From: Lingula anatina
Taxonomy: Eukaryota; Animalia; Brachiopoda
Length of the DNA: 64,000 nucleotides
Direction of reading: 5' to 3'
Assembly: GCA_051362555.1 (NCBI GenBank)
Contig: CM120640.1
Span: 19,158,001 to 19,222,000 of the forward strand
Part shown: piece after piece, positions 28,311-41,300 of the stretch
Position numbering within the stretch: the stretch's first letter is position 1
Layout: each line of letters opens with the position of its first letter
Made by a program: the position numbers and the translations under genes
Notes under the pieces: generated by a model
What the model was told of the DNA's origin: nothing
Database searches by the model: none
What the model saw: only the letters and a program-made list of their open reading frames with translations

Positions 28311-28778
28311 ACCTATGTTTATATAAAAATCTCCAAGCAATTTCAAAACCGGAGATGTAAATATGATCTTTACAGTGCCTGAATATTTTCAACTTTGAAA
28401 TTGTAATGGACCCTTGTAAACTATGTAAATGTTTAGGCTCGTTATATACTAAATTCTATTCAAGATTTTCAAATTTCAAAAACGTCTGGAGGCATGTTTT
28501 CAAAAGATAACCGCCAACCTATAAATTGTTCACAATCCACTTTACTTTGTAAGGATTATCAAATTTGGCTTTGCAATAGATTTGATTTGCAAAATATTCT
28601 CATGATGGTTTTGAACAGTCTTTAAAACAAACTGGCGTAAATCGTCTTCTGTGTGAACCCTTCATCTTCCTTGGCATCATTTTCCCTCGAATTTTACTGA
28701 TTTTGTTTGATCACAAAGTGGACAGTTTCTCGCTTTTGAACGTGCCAAACTAATTTGTTGAAATCCCGAGTTCAGTTA

Positions 28779-29187
28779 AAGTTAAATGGACTCGTCCCAC
28801 CTGACACCCCTTGAAGTTAAATGGACTCGTCCCACCTGACACCCCTTGAAGTTAAATGGACTCGTCCCACCTGACACCCCTTGAAGTTAAATGGACTCGT
28901 CCTACCTAACACCCCTTTAAGTTAAATGGACTCGTCTCACCTGACACCCCTTAACTTAAATAGAATCGTCCTACCTGACACCCCTTAAAGTTAAATGGAC
29001 TCGTCCCACCTGACACCCCTTTAAGTTAAATGGACTCGTCTCACCTGGCACCCCTTAACTTAAATAGAATCGTCCCACCTGACACCCCTCTCATGAAAGA
29101 GACTTGTCCCACCTGACACCCCTCGAATCAAATGGATTTGCCCTACCTGGCACCCCTTGAATCAAATTAACTCGTCCAACACCCCTC
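28779..29187. repeat. 35-bp minisatellite, about 12 copies
   Basis: Head-to-tail unit AAGTTAAATGGACTCGTCCCACCTGACACCCCTTG; first three copies identical, progressive decay to the right; no spacers. Confidence 0.95.
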
Positions 29188-29369
29188 AAATGCACTCAAC
29201 CAACCTGAATGGCCTCGGTCCAATTAACCGCAGTTAGCAAACGGACTTGCCCAAACCAACATCTCTTTAAAAAAATGGACACGACCCGTCTGTCACTACC
29301 AAATGAAAGGGGTCATCACCCATAGATTTTGGGTCAGGATGCTCATTCTAAATTCAAAATGGAACAACT

Positions 29370-31750
29370 TTTCAGATTTATTTATTCACCATAAATACAT
29401 TTATTATTTATCATAATTACACAAAAAACATGTTTTACAAAAAGTTATATCTTTCTTAAAATGCTATGAAAAACAATTCTACATTTGCTACATACAACAA
29501 AAGTACTGGTAAGCCATTGCTGGTGTTAGTGCTCGACTGATTCCGCTCACTAAATTTCAATGATATGCAGTTTGCAAAAGCAAAATCGAGCACATTGATT
29601 GAGTCAACTTTTTATAGCTAGTGTACGTGCTAAACCCGTGAAAAGTTTCCGCCGGTATTAAAAGCAAACAAACAAACAAAAAAGATATAATACACACAGA
29701 ATTAGAATTGAAATGTCGAGTCAAATAGAAACTAAAAAAACATTGAAAAATACTTATATATAATAAATATGGCATGTAATGCATTTTGTGAACATTGCTT
29801 AGAAATGTAAAAAAAAACACAATCCGATTATTTCAACTTTTATTGTGGAATTTTAGACAATTTTTAAGTAATTTACGTCTGACACGTTTTGACCTAGTAT
29901 TCGATGCAATAATGTTCGTAAATTCGAGCAAAGGGCTGGCTGGCTTCTTGGATATTTTACAGTATCTCGATGCGGGAGATGTCTGTTCTGGAAGAAGAAA
30001 ATAACTTAAATGAGATAACGTCGTTCCAATGTGAATAAACATGGACAAGCTCAAATTAAGACAGGCCGAACAGTGAAACTGAGAGAAATCTAATCAAAAA
30101 TGGCATGTAGTTCAAGTAAAAAAAATTTCAATCAATGTATTTTTGTGAAGTAAACCATTTTCTCTTACAAAGAAAACAAGATGAAAAGAATGGTTAGAAA
30201 ATTCGACCAATGTTATACGTTATTCATGGTTTTGGAAAGTGATCATTAGAAAAGACCCTCTAAACGTTCCCACCGTAGGGTAGATATGATTACAATAGTG
30301 AACCAGCAAAAATAATTAGAGAGTCAATGAAGGATCCAAGGATAAAAAATTGACTCGCTTTGCTCAAGGTAAGACAAAAGGATAAAATATTGCTCAGTTT
30401 GTCTTTAGGGTATTTTTGGAGGGAAAAGGAGAAGAAAGGGGTATCTCAAAAGGTAAAAGAGGAACTGTGTCCTCCCCATGCTCGACTACCTGTATTCGCT
30501 ATTGAACGTGCGTTTCAGTTTTCTCATGAAGAAAAAATCATATGCAATGAACGGTACATCGCAAAATAAGAAAATAAGAGACCACAGATTAAATCAGGCA
30601 GGTAATTTATGACTGTCGAAGAAACGTTACTTACATGATATTATTTCCAACACTAAATGAAAGCTCACAACTTGTTACTTCACCACACAAACCAAGCGTC
30701 TTCTCCTTACGGGGTCCAACTGTCAAGTGACTATTCAAGAAGAGATGTCGCACTGCCGTGAGCGACCTATTCTTATGCAAATTGCAACAGGAACGGGAAT
30801 TGTTTCTAAAACCATTCTCACGAGAAACGGGGGAAAGGCGAATATATGTTGTATGTGATCTTATGGTTTTTATCACAAAAGTTAGTTTTTTCGTGAACTC
30901 TGGATTGGTATATGTAATTTTTTTAAAAATTACAAATTTGTTAAAACAAATCAATCAGAAATGCCTTGCGATCCTTCACAGCTGAATTCACAGAGACCTA
31001 ATGCTGTATCCACTCAGTACTATCGGATGGTCATTGGTTTAGACAGATAGCACGCGCACCCGTCTATTGTCATGGTAATCGTAATGGCTTGGTTTATTCT
31101 AGGTAGAGGGATGTATTAGCGTCACACCTGCTGAATTTGCATTGACCATTACGACAATTATTATCATCCCTTTTTCAAAGATCACCGAAATATATGTGAA
31201 AGAGAACTCAATATTGTACTTGCAAAAGTCAAATAGTGACCGCATATTGCGACTTACTCAATCCAGGAATGCACGTAGCTTTGGTATGCCTAAAACGCAT
31301 TATAGTCGTGGAATGCCTTAGGGCATTTAAACCATCATCAAATGCTGCTCGATTAATAAATGTTGTCCAGCCTCACAGACCTATAGCTGGACCTTTCTCA
31401 AGCAACTTAATGCAATCCTAATTTTCTTTCCGAAAAATATTACCGAAAACGGAGGTCACAATATACTGGAAACAGCAGTTGCATTGAAAGTCGAGAGTCG
31501 ATTTTCCCTTGTCCCCTCGACTAGGGGCGATAGGGGAACTTTGTTCTATTTCAATTATTTTTCCGTCATGTTTTACGAAAAGCCGAGGACAAAAAACACA
31601 CAAAAAGGGAAACAATACTCTCGGCATTGTCTAATTATGTTTGTTCTTTTTATTTCTTACAGACAACGATTCTTAAGACTTGCTCCCAAGTCAAATATAC
31701 TTACATTTGAAAAGCGTGTAGTAAAAACTACAAATACATAACAAGAGTTC
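29370..31750 (-). other. Uncharacterised spliced locus B, inverted homologue of locus A
   Basis: Minus-strand gtaagt donors near 31704, 31257 and 30634; acceptor ttattttcttcttccag before 29987; minus-strand AATAAA cluster near 29378-29405; 107-codon open frame 30631-30954 spans the homologous block. Confidence 0.45.
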
Positions 31751-32753
31751 TAGTCACTCGACCAGGAACCAAAGAGCAAAACTGCTGCAAATCGCGAGTA
31801 CAACTCATCTGTTTGCCCTCAATGTTTTAGCCAATGTGCTCTGAATATCTGGTTGAGCTACAGACTTCCAAGTTAGTCAAAATCACACGAGAAGAAATTG
31901 TCTTTGAACTAAAAGCAAATCAAATCAGTTAATCTTATTACCAATCAGATAAATATCTAAATAATCTAACATTTAAAGAGGACGAGTGTAAATCGTATAT
32001 ACCCTGTAGCACCCAACACATCATAAATAAGGTTCTAAATGTTTCACAGCAAAACACTAAATCTGAACATAAAACCTCTAGGATCCATGCATACTGCATA
32101 CTATAATACACGTCAACATAAAAAATAAACAGCATTACAGAAGGCAACTAATGTTCCAAAAATGAAGAGCTTCAATACAATATTCCATATAAGTTTCCTA
32201 TTCAAGCACACTAAATGACTTCAGTAATAAAAATATATAATTTCAAAAAGGAGAAATTACACATTGTCTTTTTTCACAGCTCAATAACAATAAATGTCCG
32301 TAAGTATCTAGTAATTATACATATGCCAATTTTCATATCTTATAATCCCAATCTGTAGTGGTGTGATAAATTTTGAGTGGACATTCCATCCAAGACATTT
32401 CCAGTTCTTTTCTTCTTTTTATTTTTAAAAATTGCCAAAAAAAATCTAAATAACTTTAAAAGAAAACATACTTCAACTCTGTGAAAAGCTTATCACAAAT
32501 ATGTACCTCAATTATTGTTGAGTTTCTATCTAAAACTACATTTGCTGTAAATGATATGTCTCTGCATTCTTTTTCATATAATATATATTAGTGCATGTGA
32601 CTTTTTATACTTTCCACCTGTTCTCTAAATGAGATACGACTACAATATAAAAAACAAATCACTACACTGATGTTAATTCATTACTTCACAATATTATAGC
32701 ACATCTGGAAAAGTTAACTATGAAACTGCAGAATGTCTTAACAGTAAAATGGT

Positions 32754-33708
32754 ACGGAGCTTTGTTAGTATCATATTAACTTTTTTCTATTTTCATTTAA
32801 GTTTTATTTTATGGAATTTTCACCGCGGTGAAAATTATTTCTACCGCGGTGAAAATAATTTTCACCGTAGTGAAAAATAATTTACACCGCGGTGAGAATT
32901 AATTTTCACCGCGGTGGAAAATAATTTTCACCGCGGTGGTAATTCCTGGCCATTTCGGCCCGGGTGATGCATACATGTAGGTTATACGAATCCAAAATTT
33001 ACCAGATGTCAGGGAAGGAAGTTGATAAAGACAAGCACATGCACATGCACGCGGTTTAACCGGTCTATGTGCCAATCATCCCAGGAATGTGGAGGAAGCG
33101 GACAGTATTCGAATAGCTTAAAACCACCGAAATGTTGTACGTCGCTTTCCCCTTTATAATAACTTGCGTATTATTGGAGATATTGGTAGAAAAGAACCTC
33201 TCCGTAGAAACCGAGCTTACATCTATTAAGAAAAGATCTATGGACAAACACATCACACAAATATTTAAAAATACATTGTCCAAAAATAACGTTAAGTATT
33301 TAGTAATAACAATGGGATTCCCTTTGCATAAAACTGCGAGCGGGACTTTAATTATATAGATGGGAATATATAGATGGGAAACTTAAATAAACGGCAGTGG
33401 CCCCACGAACAGATCCACCAAACTTGTATGTATGTAACAATAGCATGCACCGTGACGGCATCTGGCAAATGTAAGGTTCTCATTACCTATTCCTCACCGG
33501 GGCCGAGATGGCCAGGAATTACCACCGCGGTGAAAATTATTTTCCACCACGGTGTAAATTATTTTCCACCACGGTGTAAATTATTTTCCACCGCGGTGTA
33601 AATTATTTTCCACCGCGGTGAAAATTATTTTCACCGCGGTGAAAATTCCATAAAATAAAACTTAAATGAAAATAGAAAAAAGTTAATATGATACTAACAA
33701 AGCTCCGT
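32754..33708. mobile_element. Non-autonomous foldback/MITE-type DNA transposon (955 bp; ~215-bp TIRs with internal tandem palindromes)
   Basis: Left arm 32754-32967 (ACGGAGCTTTGTTAGTATC...) is the reverse complement of right arm 33494-33708 (...GATACTAACAAAGCTCCGT). Each arm has six ~21-22-bp units centred on CACCGCGGTG. Flanking direct repeat AAAATGGT at 32746-32753 and 33709-33716 (9 bp, TAAAATGGT, if the terminal T is assigned to the TSD). No transposase ORF in the 526-bp spacer. Confidence 0.92.
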
Positions 33709-33763
33709 AAAATGGTCATGGTTTGTTTTCAACCAAAATAAGTTCTTCACATAAATTTTTCGG

Positions 33764-36700
33764 TTACTGCTCATCATCAGACACTTGCCCTGTGTCAGCA
33801 TTACGTGTCAACATGTAATTGTCCATGTCTATGGAGCGACAGTTATTGATGGCGTATCTCAGTCTGTCAGCCATGATCTCCTTGTTGGTGTATGGTGGAA
33901 GTCGCAGCTGGAAGAAGCAGGTCTGGGCTGTGGGAAGACTGTCCTGACCCTGCAATGGGAATATCATGTGTTAGAAAATAAATTGCATTGGGAAAAAAGT
34001 GTTTTAGAGAAGAAAAAAAAATGAAATGGTTTGTTAAAGATGTCCTGTCTCAGTTTTTTTGCAATATATAGAATTTTTAAAAGAAAAAAGCTATGTTCTC
34101 CCACTCAAAAGTCATTGCTCAAACCAGCCCTGCATTGGATATTTATTTCAACTTAACTGAAATAATTTAGTTATAGGTAACTAAACTACTTAGTTATAAG
34201 TCTGGCTTGATGTTCAGATCAGCATGTCTTCCTATAGATTTAAGAGGAAATGTGGACATAAAGTTCTCATATTTCAGTGTTTTTTTTTGTCATTTTCATG
34301 GTCTTGCACACTTACCCTGTCTATCCTCATAACCTGGAACCTCTGAGAGATATCAGCTGGGTTGGCAGGGAGCCGAGAGCGACCAGACACAAACCGCATG
34401 AACAGTATCCTCTCCTCATTGGTGAAGGACTCCAGGATCTCCCAGAACCACTTGATCAAATGATGGTGTTCATCCACCTCGCGATACCTAGAGCAGAATG
34501 GATGAAGAAAACTTGTGGGATGACACATATTTTCTTCTTGAAGCAGACTAAAATTTGGATCTTTTAAGATTTAAAACATGAAAACCAACTTTTGGTTTAA
34601 AAATCTTTTTATGAAAGTGGTCCCTAATAATAGATGAATGCAGCAAGTCCCCACTGACCATATGCTAGCGACATACCTGGCTACCTTCTTGAGGACATCC
34701 ACAGAGACTTCTGGCATACCACACACCAGCTGCTCCAGATGCTGTGATGTCAGCAAGGATAACAGAGGCACTGGCACAATCCATGACATCCCCTCTCTCA
34801 CTGCTGAAATCTGCAGATAGGATTGATTTATTGATCAAAGTCTTCACAAGATCAAGGATGGTACAATATAAACTTAAGAGCATCTATTTGTGAAAATCAC
34901 AATCAATGCATAATAATAAAAACTATTATCTGTCTTTAAATTATTGTTGCTGATAGTGTCGTCGGCAATTTTTGTTTTGTTTTGTTTGTTTGTGTTGTTT
35001 GTCTTGTTTACATTGTGTTGTCTCGTCTTGGTGTAAGTGGCACCCTCATATGTTGGATGATTGGTGTTCTGTTGAGTGGTAATAAAACGTCACCATGTAT
35101 TGTGATGGTTGGAACACGCCTAGTACTGTACGCAAAAGAGTGGAGGCAGCATTGTTATGTATGTATTTTTAGTTATTTGATGTATGTGTTTTATTGTAAT
35201 TTCTTCATTGTGATATTTGTATTAAGATGAAATTTATATTTGTTTATTCTTTCACTTTCATTTGTTTCAATTATATTTCAGTTCACCGTCACCATATTGT
35301 GTCTAGACGAGTGTAAATAAATGTTTATTCCTACAGTGGATATTTTGTTTTGACATTCGCTACAATTATTTTAGCCAATAGTTAAACATGCGTTCCATTT
35401 CATTCAGATATCTTCTCCAAGTGGTTACCACTGCCTTAAGGATCATTACACTACATCAGTGTATACCACATTTGATATCAAATGGCACTGCTCAGAATAA
35501 TTCTTAGTTAAACCAGAGGCAATTCAAATAATATTACCATTTAAACAGATAACATAGGGATCTCCTATAACAAATTAGCATACTAAAGAATCTGTTTACC
35601 TGTACCCTGAGTTTGAGATCTGATGTGTGCCAGCTTCTTCCATGTCTTATCTCCACATCCATTGAAAAAGCAGGCACTCATTGGGTCTGAAAACTAGGGT
35701 AGGTACCTGGCAACCTCAGTTAAGTCAATCTAGTTTAAGCCAATCCTGTTGTGAACAAAGTCAATTTAACTTGCAATATGTACCTGTAAGTCCATCTCAT
35801 GCAGCCTGAAGTAGGTTGCTCTCTCCACATACTCCAGACGGTTGCTGAAGGTGAGGGGAATGTTTCTGCCGCCAGGAACAATGGGGACAAACCTTCCGTC
35901 TGCACTCTGGCCCTCATAGCAATACAGGGGAATTACCTGGAAGTAGGCGACAGGGAGTTAACAAAATGACAAGAACTAGGGTTAACAAGGTTTAGTGATA
36001 AAAAATAAAATAAATAAAATTCCAATAGCTCATCTTTAATATAGGCAAGTTTTCTTGTTTTGCAGTATCAAACCGTGGTTTTTAGTTTTTATTCAACAGA
36101 TCAACATTAACTACATTTGATCTTTGTATGTCTACACTCAGTTAACAATTTTATTTGATAGATTTTTTTTGAAATTCACTTTCAGAGACCCTTTTTACAA
36201 CCAAAATGTCTTTGTTAGTAATTAACTACCTCATGAAAGGTCTCCTCCGTAACTCCAGACTCTGCTATGTCCCTTATTCCATGAAGTGTCTGTACACATA
36301 ACAGGTCCACCTATAGAGTACAGGAAAACAGTATATATGAAGTCTTTGTATATTACCATGCATTGCAATCACTGACTGTATATGCAAGTGATAAGTTTAA
36401 AGAAAATAAATGCCATATGCCTTGAAACCCTTACTACATCATCTTCAAGCACTTTAATCTATTTTGTTATATTCTCTCTTAATGATCAACATTATTTCAA
36501 AAATAGAATCATTCAATGGAATCTGGGCTCAGGGTTGGTATGGTCACACTATGATACAATCATTCTTTTTTAAGATTCCTTACATAAAAATCTATTCTAT
36601 GTTATCACTAACACAATTGTGGATGACTGAAGACACCACTAGCCAGAATCCACTCACACTTTGCACTTATGTACATCAAATATATCTCACTGACTCATGG

Positions 36701-37625
36701 TGTACATGTAACAGTATATGCATAGTGTATATGTATCACATATTGCCCTACCTCTCCCAGGTCCTCCACAGTGAGTGGCATGCCTGCCAGTGCCTTCCAC
36801 ACCATGGGGGCCAGGTGGAGATCCAGAGGTTTCTTGGTCCTGATGGCCACCCCCAGCAGTATCCCCAGGAACTTGAACATGGACAGGTACTCCTCTGAAG
36901 TCAGGGAGGGGTTCAGGAGGAACCTAAGACAATGACATAGGGAAAGTCAGTTTAAAGGAAAAGAATTTTCAAGAGGTAAGAGGAAAGACTAGTGCTTTGA
37001 TGGGGGTTTTGAGAGTATTAGCAGAAAATCCAATCAAGAATGCAAAATAGTATGTATTTTTTCTTTTTTTTTTCAGCTAACAGGTTTACATTTAAAGAAA
37101 ATATTGTTAAAGGTGTGCAAGGGTTAACCTCACAAGGTTTAACTACATTTTGACTACTATAAAAAAAACCCATCCTGGGGATATGATACAGATCTATATA
37201 TCTAAACTTAGAAAAACCGTGATAACAGGCATCCTCATTAATAACTACAGTTTGTTGCTACTTGGGCTTCCAAAACATAAAGAAACACTCAGATACTAAA
37301 ATAATACAATTACTCACTTGTCATTGTTATACCCAGTATCATTGGCAGCATTTGGGGTTGGGATCAACAGTGGCACAGCTCCACTTTCAAGCTCCTGTAA
37401 TCAAAATAACATACAGGAATGTGCAGGGCACAAAGTTGTTATTATTACTGCACTGTAACAGTTTAACAAAATGTTCACTTGGGATAAAAAAGGTAAATGT
37501 TTTCTAAATATGGTCATTGACCTATCATTGCACAAAAGACAAAGGAAAAACCAATTTCCCCAAAAAGTTTGTAGTCAGACTTGAACTTTTCAACACATTT
37601 CATGATCAGATAACAGTCTAGCAAA

Positions 37626-37668
<43 letters not shown>

Positions 37669-38345
37669 ATTATTACCTGGCACATCTCTGTGATGGTGTC
37701 ATCAAACACCCCACCTGCATCATCTGCTCCCTCTCCAATCAGCTTCACTTTCCAGGCACGGGCTGGCAGACGCAGGTCGTCTGGCTTCAGCTTCACCACC
37801 TGGCGAGCTATCTGGACAAATATAGGTTTGCACTTCTTTCCTCTGAAATTGAAAATTTCATAATATTATGATTAAACTCTAGGTGAAGTATCTACATAAT
37901 GTGAATTCCACATGAAGTATCCACATGTAACAGATGACAGAGAGAGACAACATTATTTCTTAACCAATTTTGTTCTCATTACTGTTATTGAAACATAAAA
38001 CATTCCATCTGGATTTAGCCTCTTATTTAAACCTGATATAAAAACATAACCACAACTTAATCTGAAGTTGCACTTTCTTAGTTTGACACAATGAACAATT
38101 CAGGCATTTGAAAGCAATGCTGGGCCGTGCTTTAACATTGAAAATAACACACACATGAAAAATCATGATCTCTACCTTGTAGACAATCTTTTCACTGTGA
38201 TCTGAGGTCCATAGTTCTTGCCTTGGACCATGGTCCTGCCTATAGCTCTCACCATAGGTAGGGTGTACACACGGGGAGCCAGGATGGACCGCAAGCTGCC
38301 TTGGTGCAGGCCATTCAAACCTGACATAAATCTATTTGTCCCAAC
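33764..38345 (-). CDS. HERC1: HERC1 HECT-domain exons
   Basis: Exons 38176-38345, 37677-37842, 37318-37394, 36752-36923, 36230-36310, 35784-35936, 34677-34810, 34316-34487, 33764-33949 join in phase. [31 protein letters not shown], catalytic Cys in [16 protein letters not shown]. Confidence 0.95.
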
Positions 38346-41300
38346 CTGCAAGTTAAATATGAAATTTATTTAAAAATAAACTGAACAATGATGTGAATGT
38401 GTACTAACATATCATAAGTGCCACTGCCAAATGTCTATATTTTGAACACTATTTTCAACAAACTTGTCTTGGAATAATTGAGAATAATTCAGTTTTCAAC
38501 CATTTTTACAAAATTTTCTTGTTTAGTTTTTAATCACAGCTTTGTTTCATGAATTCTTTTTGTAGTACTACTCATTGCATTATAATTTTACATTGTACAC
38601 AGTGCTGAGAGGCAAGGGAAGAGTAATTGGGAAAAAAATCATATTTTATTATCATTACTTAAACTTAGACTTACAAAAGAATTAGAAAATACGTCAAAAT
38701 GATTTTATCAACCATACATTTTTTATAATGTCCACATCTGAGCAAGCAGATATCACTGTAATTGTAACAAACCAATCAATGGAATGAATACGTAACCCTA
38801 GACATGACTCATTGAACTGGACATCTTACCTGTGATGGTGACAGAGAGAAGAGCCTCCAAGAAGAGTAGACGAGATCAGAGAAATGGTGGAGCACCCTCA
38901 GTCTACCCTTGATGGCCTCAATGCTGCTCTCTTGCAGGGCTGTGTACTGTGGGGGAATGGAGCCTGGGTTACCCAGCTGAAGGGGGAGTGGCGCCCCTGG
39001 GGACCGGGACTGTGGTTGGGGAGTGGTCCATGCAGCACTGTGAGTTCTCCCTGCTGCAATCTACAGTGAAGAATACACAATTATGAATATCTATCATACT
39101 TAACCTGTTTAGAATTTCATTAATCAGTAATATTGAAATAAGTTTTCTCACAGATATCTACAAGATGAATTTCCTTTTATCAATCTGATCAAAAATCAAT
39201 TTCCCCTATAAAAATAAATTTACTTGTTAATTCTTTAATGAAGTACTTTACACAAAAGTGTGAGACAGTGATCAATCAATTTTCCATACCTGCTTAGCAC
39301 CCTTCCCATTCATAGAAGGTGCCAAATGTGGCTCCCTGACAGATGTGGTGTGCCCTAGGCCTAACTGTCCATCACCATTACTGCCCCACCCCCAGACCAC
39401 GCTCCTACTGGTCAGAGCCAGGGTATGCTCCGCCCCCACTGCAATGTCATCCACAAAGTATGGCGCTAAGGTGGGCACCTGTTGGGGTTTGTTGTGACTG
39501 CGGCAACGGTTCTCGGGCTGCCCTATTAGACGGTCTGATGACAAAAGAATTTACCTTATTTAACTGTACATATAACATATATGGTGAATAGGTCAAAAAT
39601 GTTACGGTAAGATCAGTAAAAATATTTTTTCTAATCAGTAACCAGTGCAATTAAACAAAATTGTGTTGTTTATAATGTATAAATGAAAATTTTTAAAGAA
39701 GTATTCTGAACAGTTCTTTCATTCTAAAATATATACCAAGCATTTGTGTTCATAGGGGGAGCAAGGGAAGAAGAAGAGAGAGTGAGTGTGGAGGGAGTGT
39801 TACCTTGTCCCCAGGTGAAAACTCTTCCATCTTTGGTAAGAGCCACAGAGAACTGGGTACCAGCTCCTAGTTTCTTCACACCCATGCCGTTCATGGCTTC
39901 AATCTTGGTGGGTGTGGACTTTGGTGCCGAGTTCCCCAGTCCCAGTTTGCCATAGTCTCCATCTCCAAATGCCCAGACCGTGTTTCCATCCACACTGCAA
40001 CATAGTGTGTGGTTCAGTCCACAGGCAACCTGAGGGAGAAGAAGTAGCCATATTCGTTTATAACAGTTATATTTGGATAATTAATGATCTTGTATTTATA
40101 TCAATTGATTATTTGCATTGCTATCATCATCATATTCATTATTGTTATTATTATTATAACAAAAAAACTCATCATATCAAATTCCAATTGTTTTTTTAAA
40201 CAGTGGAATCAAGATAATAGGAATACCCCATCGAGAATACTGGCAAATTTTGGTAATTCTCTGGCAAATAATATATCATTAACCCAAAATTAACTTAAAC
40301 TTCCTTTCCAATATCATCAAAGACTTGATAAAAACTAAACTACATGTTACTTTGCTATCTCAATGACACTCATGTATACATATTTAAAGGCAAAGAAATA
40401 CATACATATCCAATCTGAAATCCTTTCAGAGCTGTCACTTTCTCTGGCAGTTTTTTATTTGCTGTTGTGCCCAGTCCTAGGCGTCCATAGTCTCCATTAC
40501 CAAATGTGAACAACTCTCCTTCTGCTGTCACCACAGCACTGTGTTTGAAGCCACAAGACACCTGGGAAATGAACAAAGGTGTAAATGTATTTTCTAAAAT
40601 CATGTAAGTGCTAGAAAACATGTATTCTGCCAATTTCTCAATCCTTCTGAAATCAAAATAGGAAATATGTTTTTCCTACAATTTATCCTGTTATTAAAAT
40701 CATGTTTAAAAAATATTAACAATGAAATATCGAACATCTTAAAATCAGGAAGATCAAATATGTATAATAAACAATTTTTGTGAATTTATGTGGCCTTAAT
40801 CACAATAACAGGTGTCAGTTAGTAAGAAATATATCTTAAAAATAGTTGCTTAGCTATAAATAATCAAATATTTTGTTAAACCAATCAAAGAAGTTTCACT
40901 AAACATTCAGGATAATGATAAAACTTGGTGGACTATAACCTCAAAAATTCCTTTGAAATCATGAAAGAATATCAAAATATTATACCTGCACCACCTCCTC
41001 TCCTTGAAGAGCATCAATTTGACGAGGCCGTCTCTGACGATCTGTGTTCCCATGTCCCAGTTTCCCATAATCTCCATCTCCCCAGCTAAAAACTTCCCCA
41101 CTCTCTGAGAGGGCCATGCTGTGGCCATCAGAGCCCACTGAGGAAGAGAGCTGAGTGATCACGAAGCCTTGAAGTGAAGAGACTATAGTCAGGGAGTGGA
41201 GGTCGTCCGAGTTGCCCTGGCCCAGGCGGCCATAGCTGCCCTCACCACACGCCATGACACTGCCATTGCTCTGGACTACAAACGTGCAGTTCTGACCACA

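Noticed and set aside
28779-29187. CRISPR-like array (35-bp repeat)
   Set aside because: Units are contiguous with no unique spacers, there are no cas genes, and the context is eukaryotic. It is a minisatellite.
31103-31321. ~70-codon open frame on + after a ttattctag acceptor-like site, plus a strong + acceptor near 31662
   Set aside because: No recognisable homology and no consistent exon chain could be built. It remains an alternative reading of locus B that stranded RNA-seq would settle.
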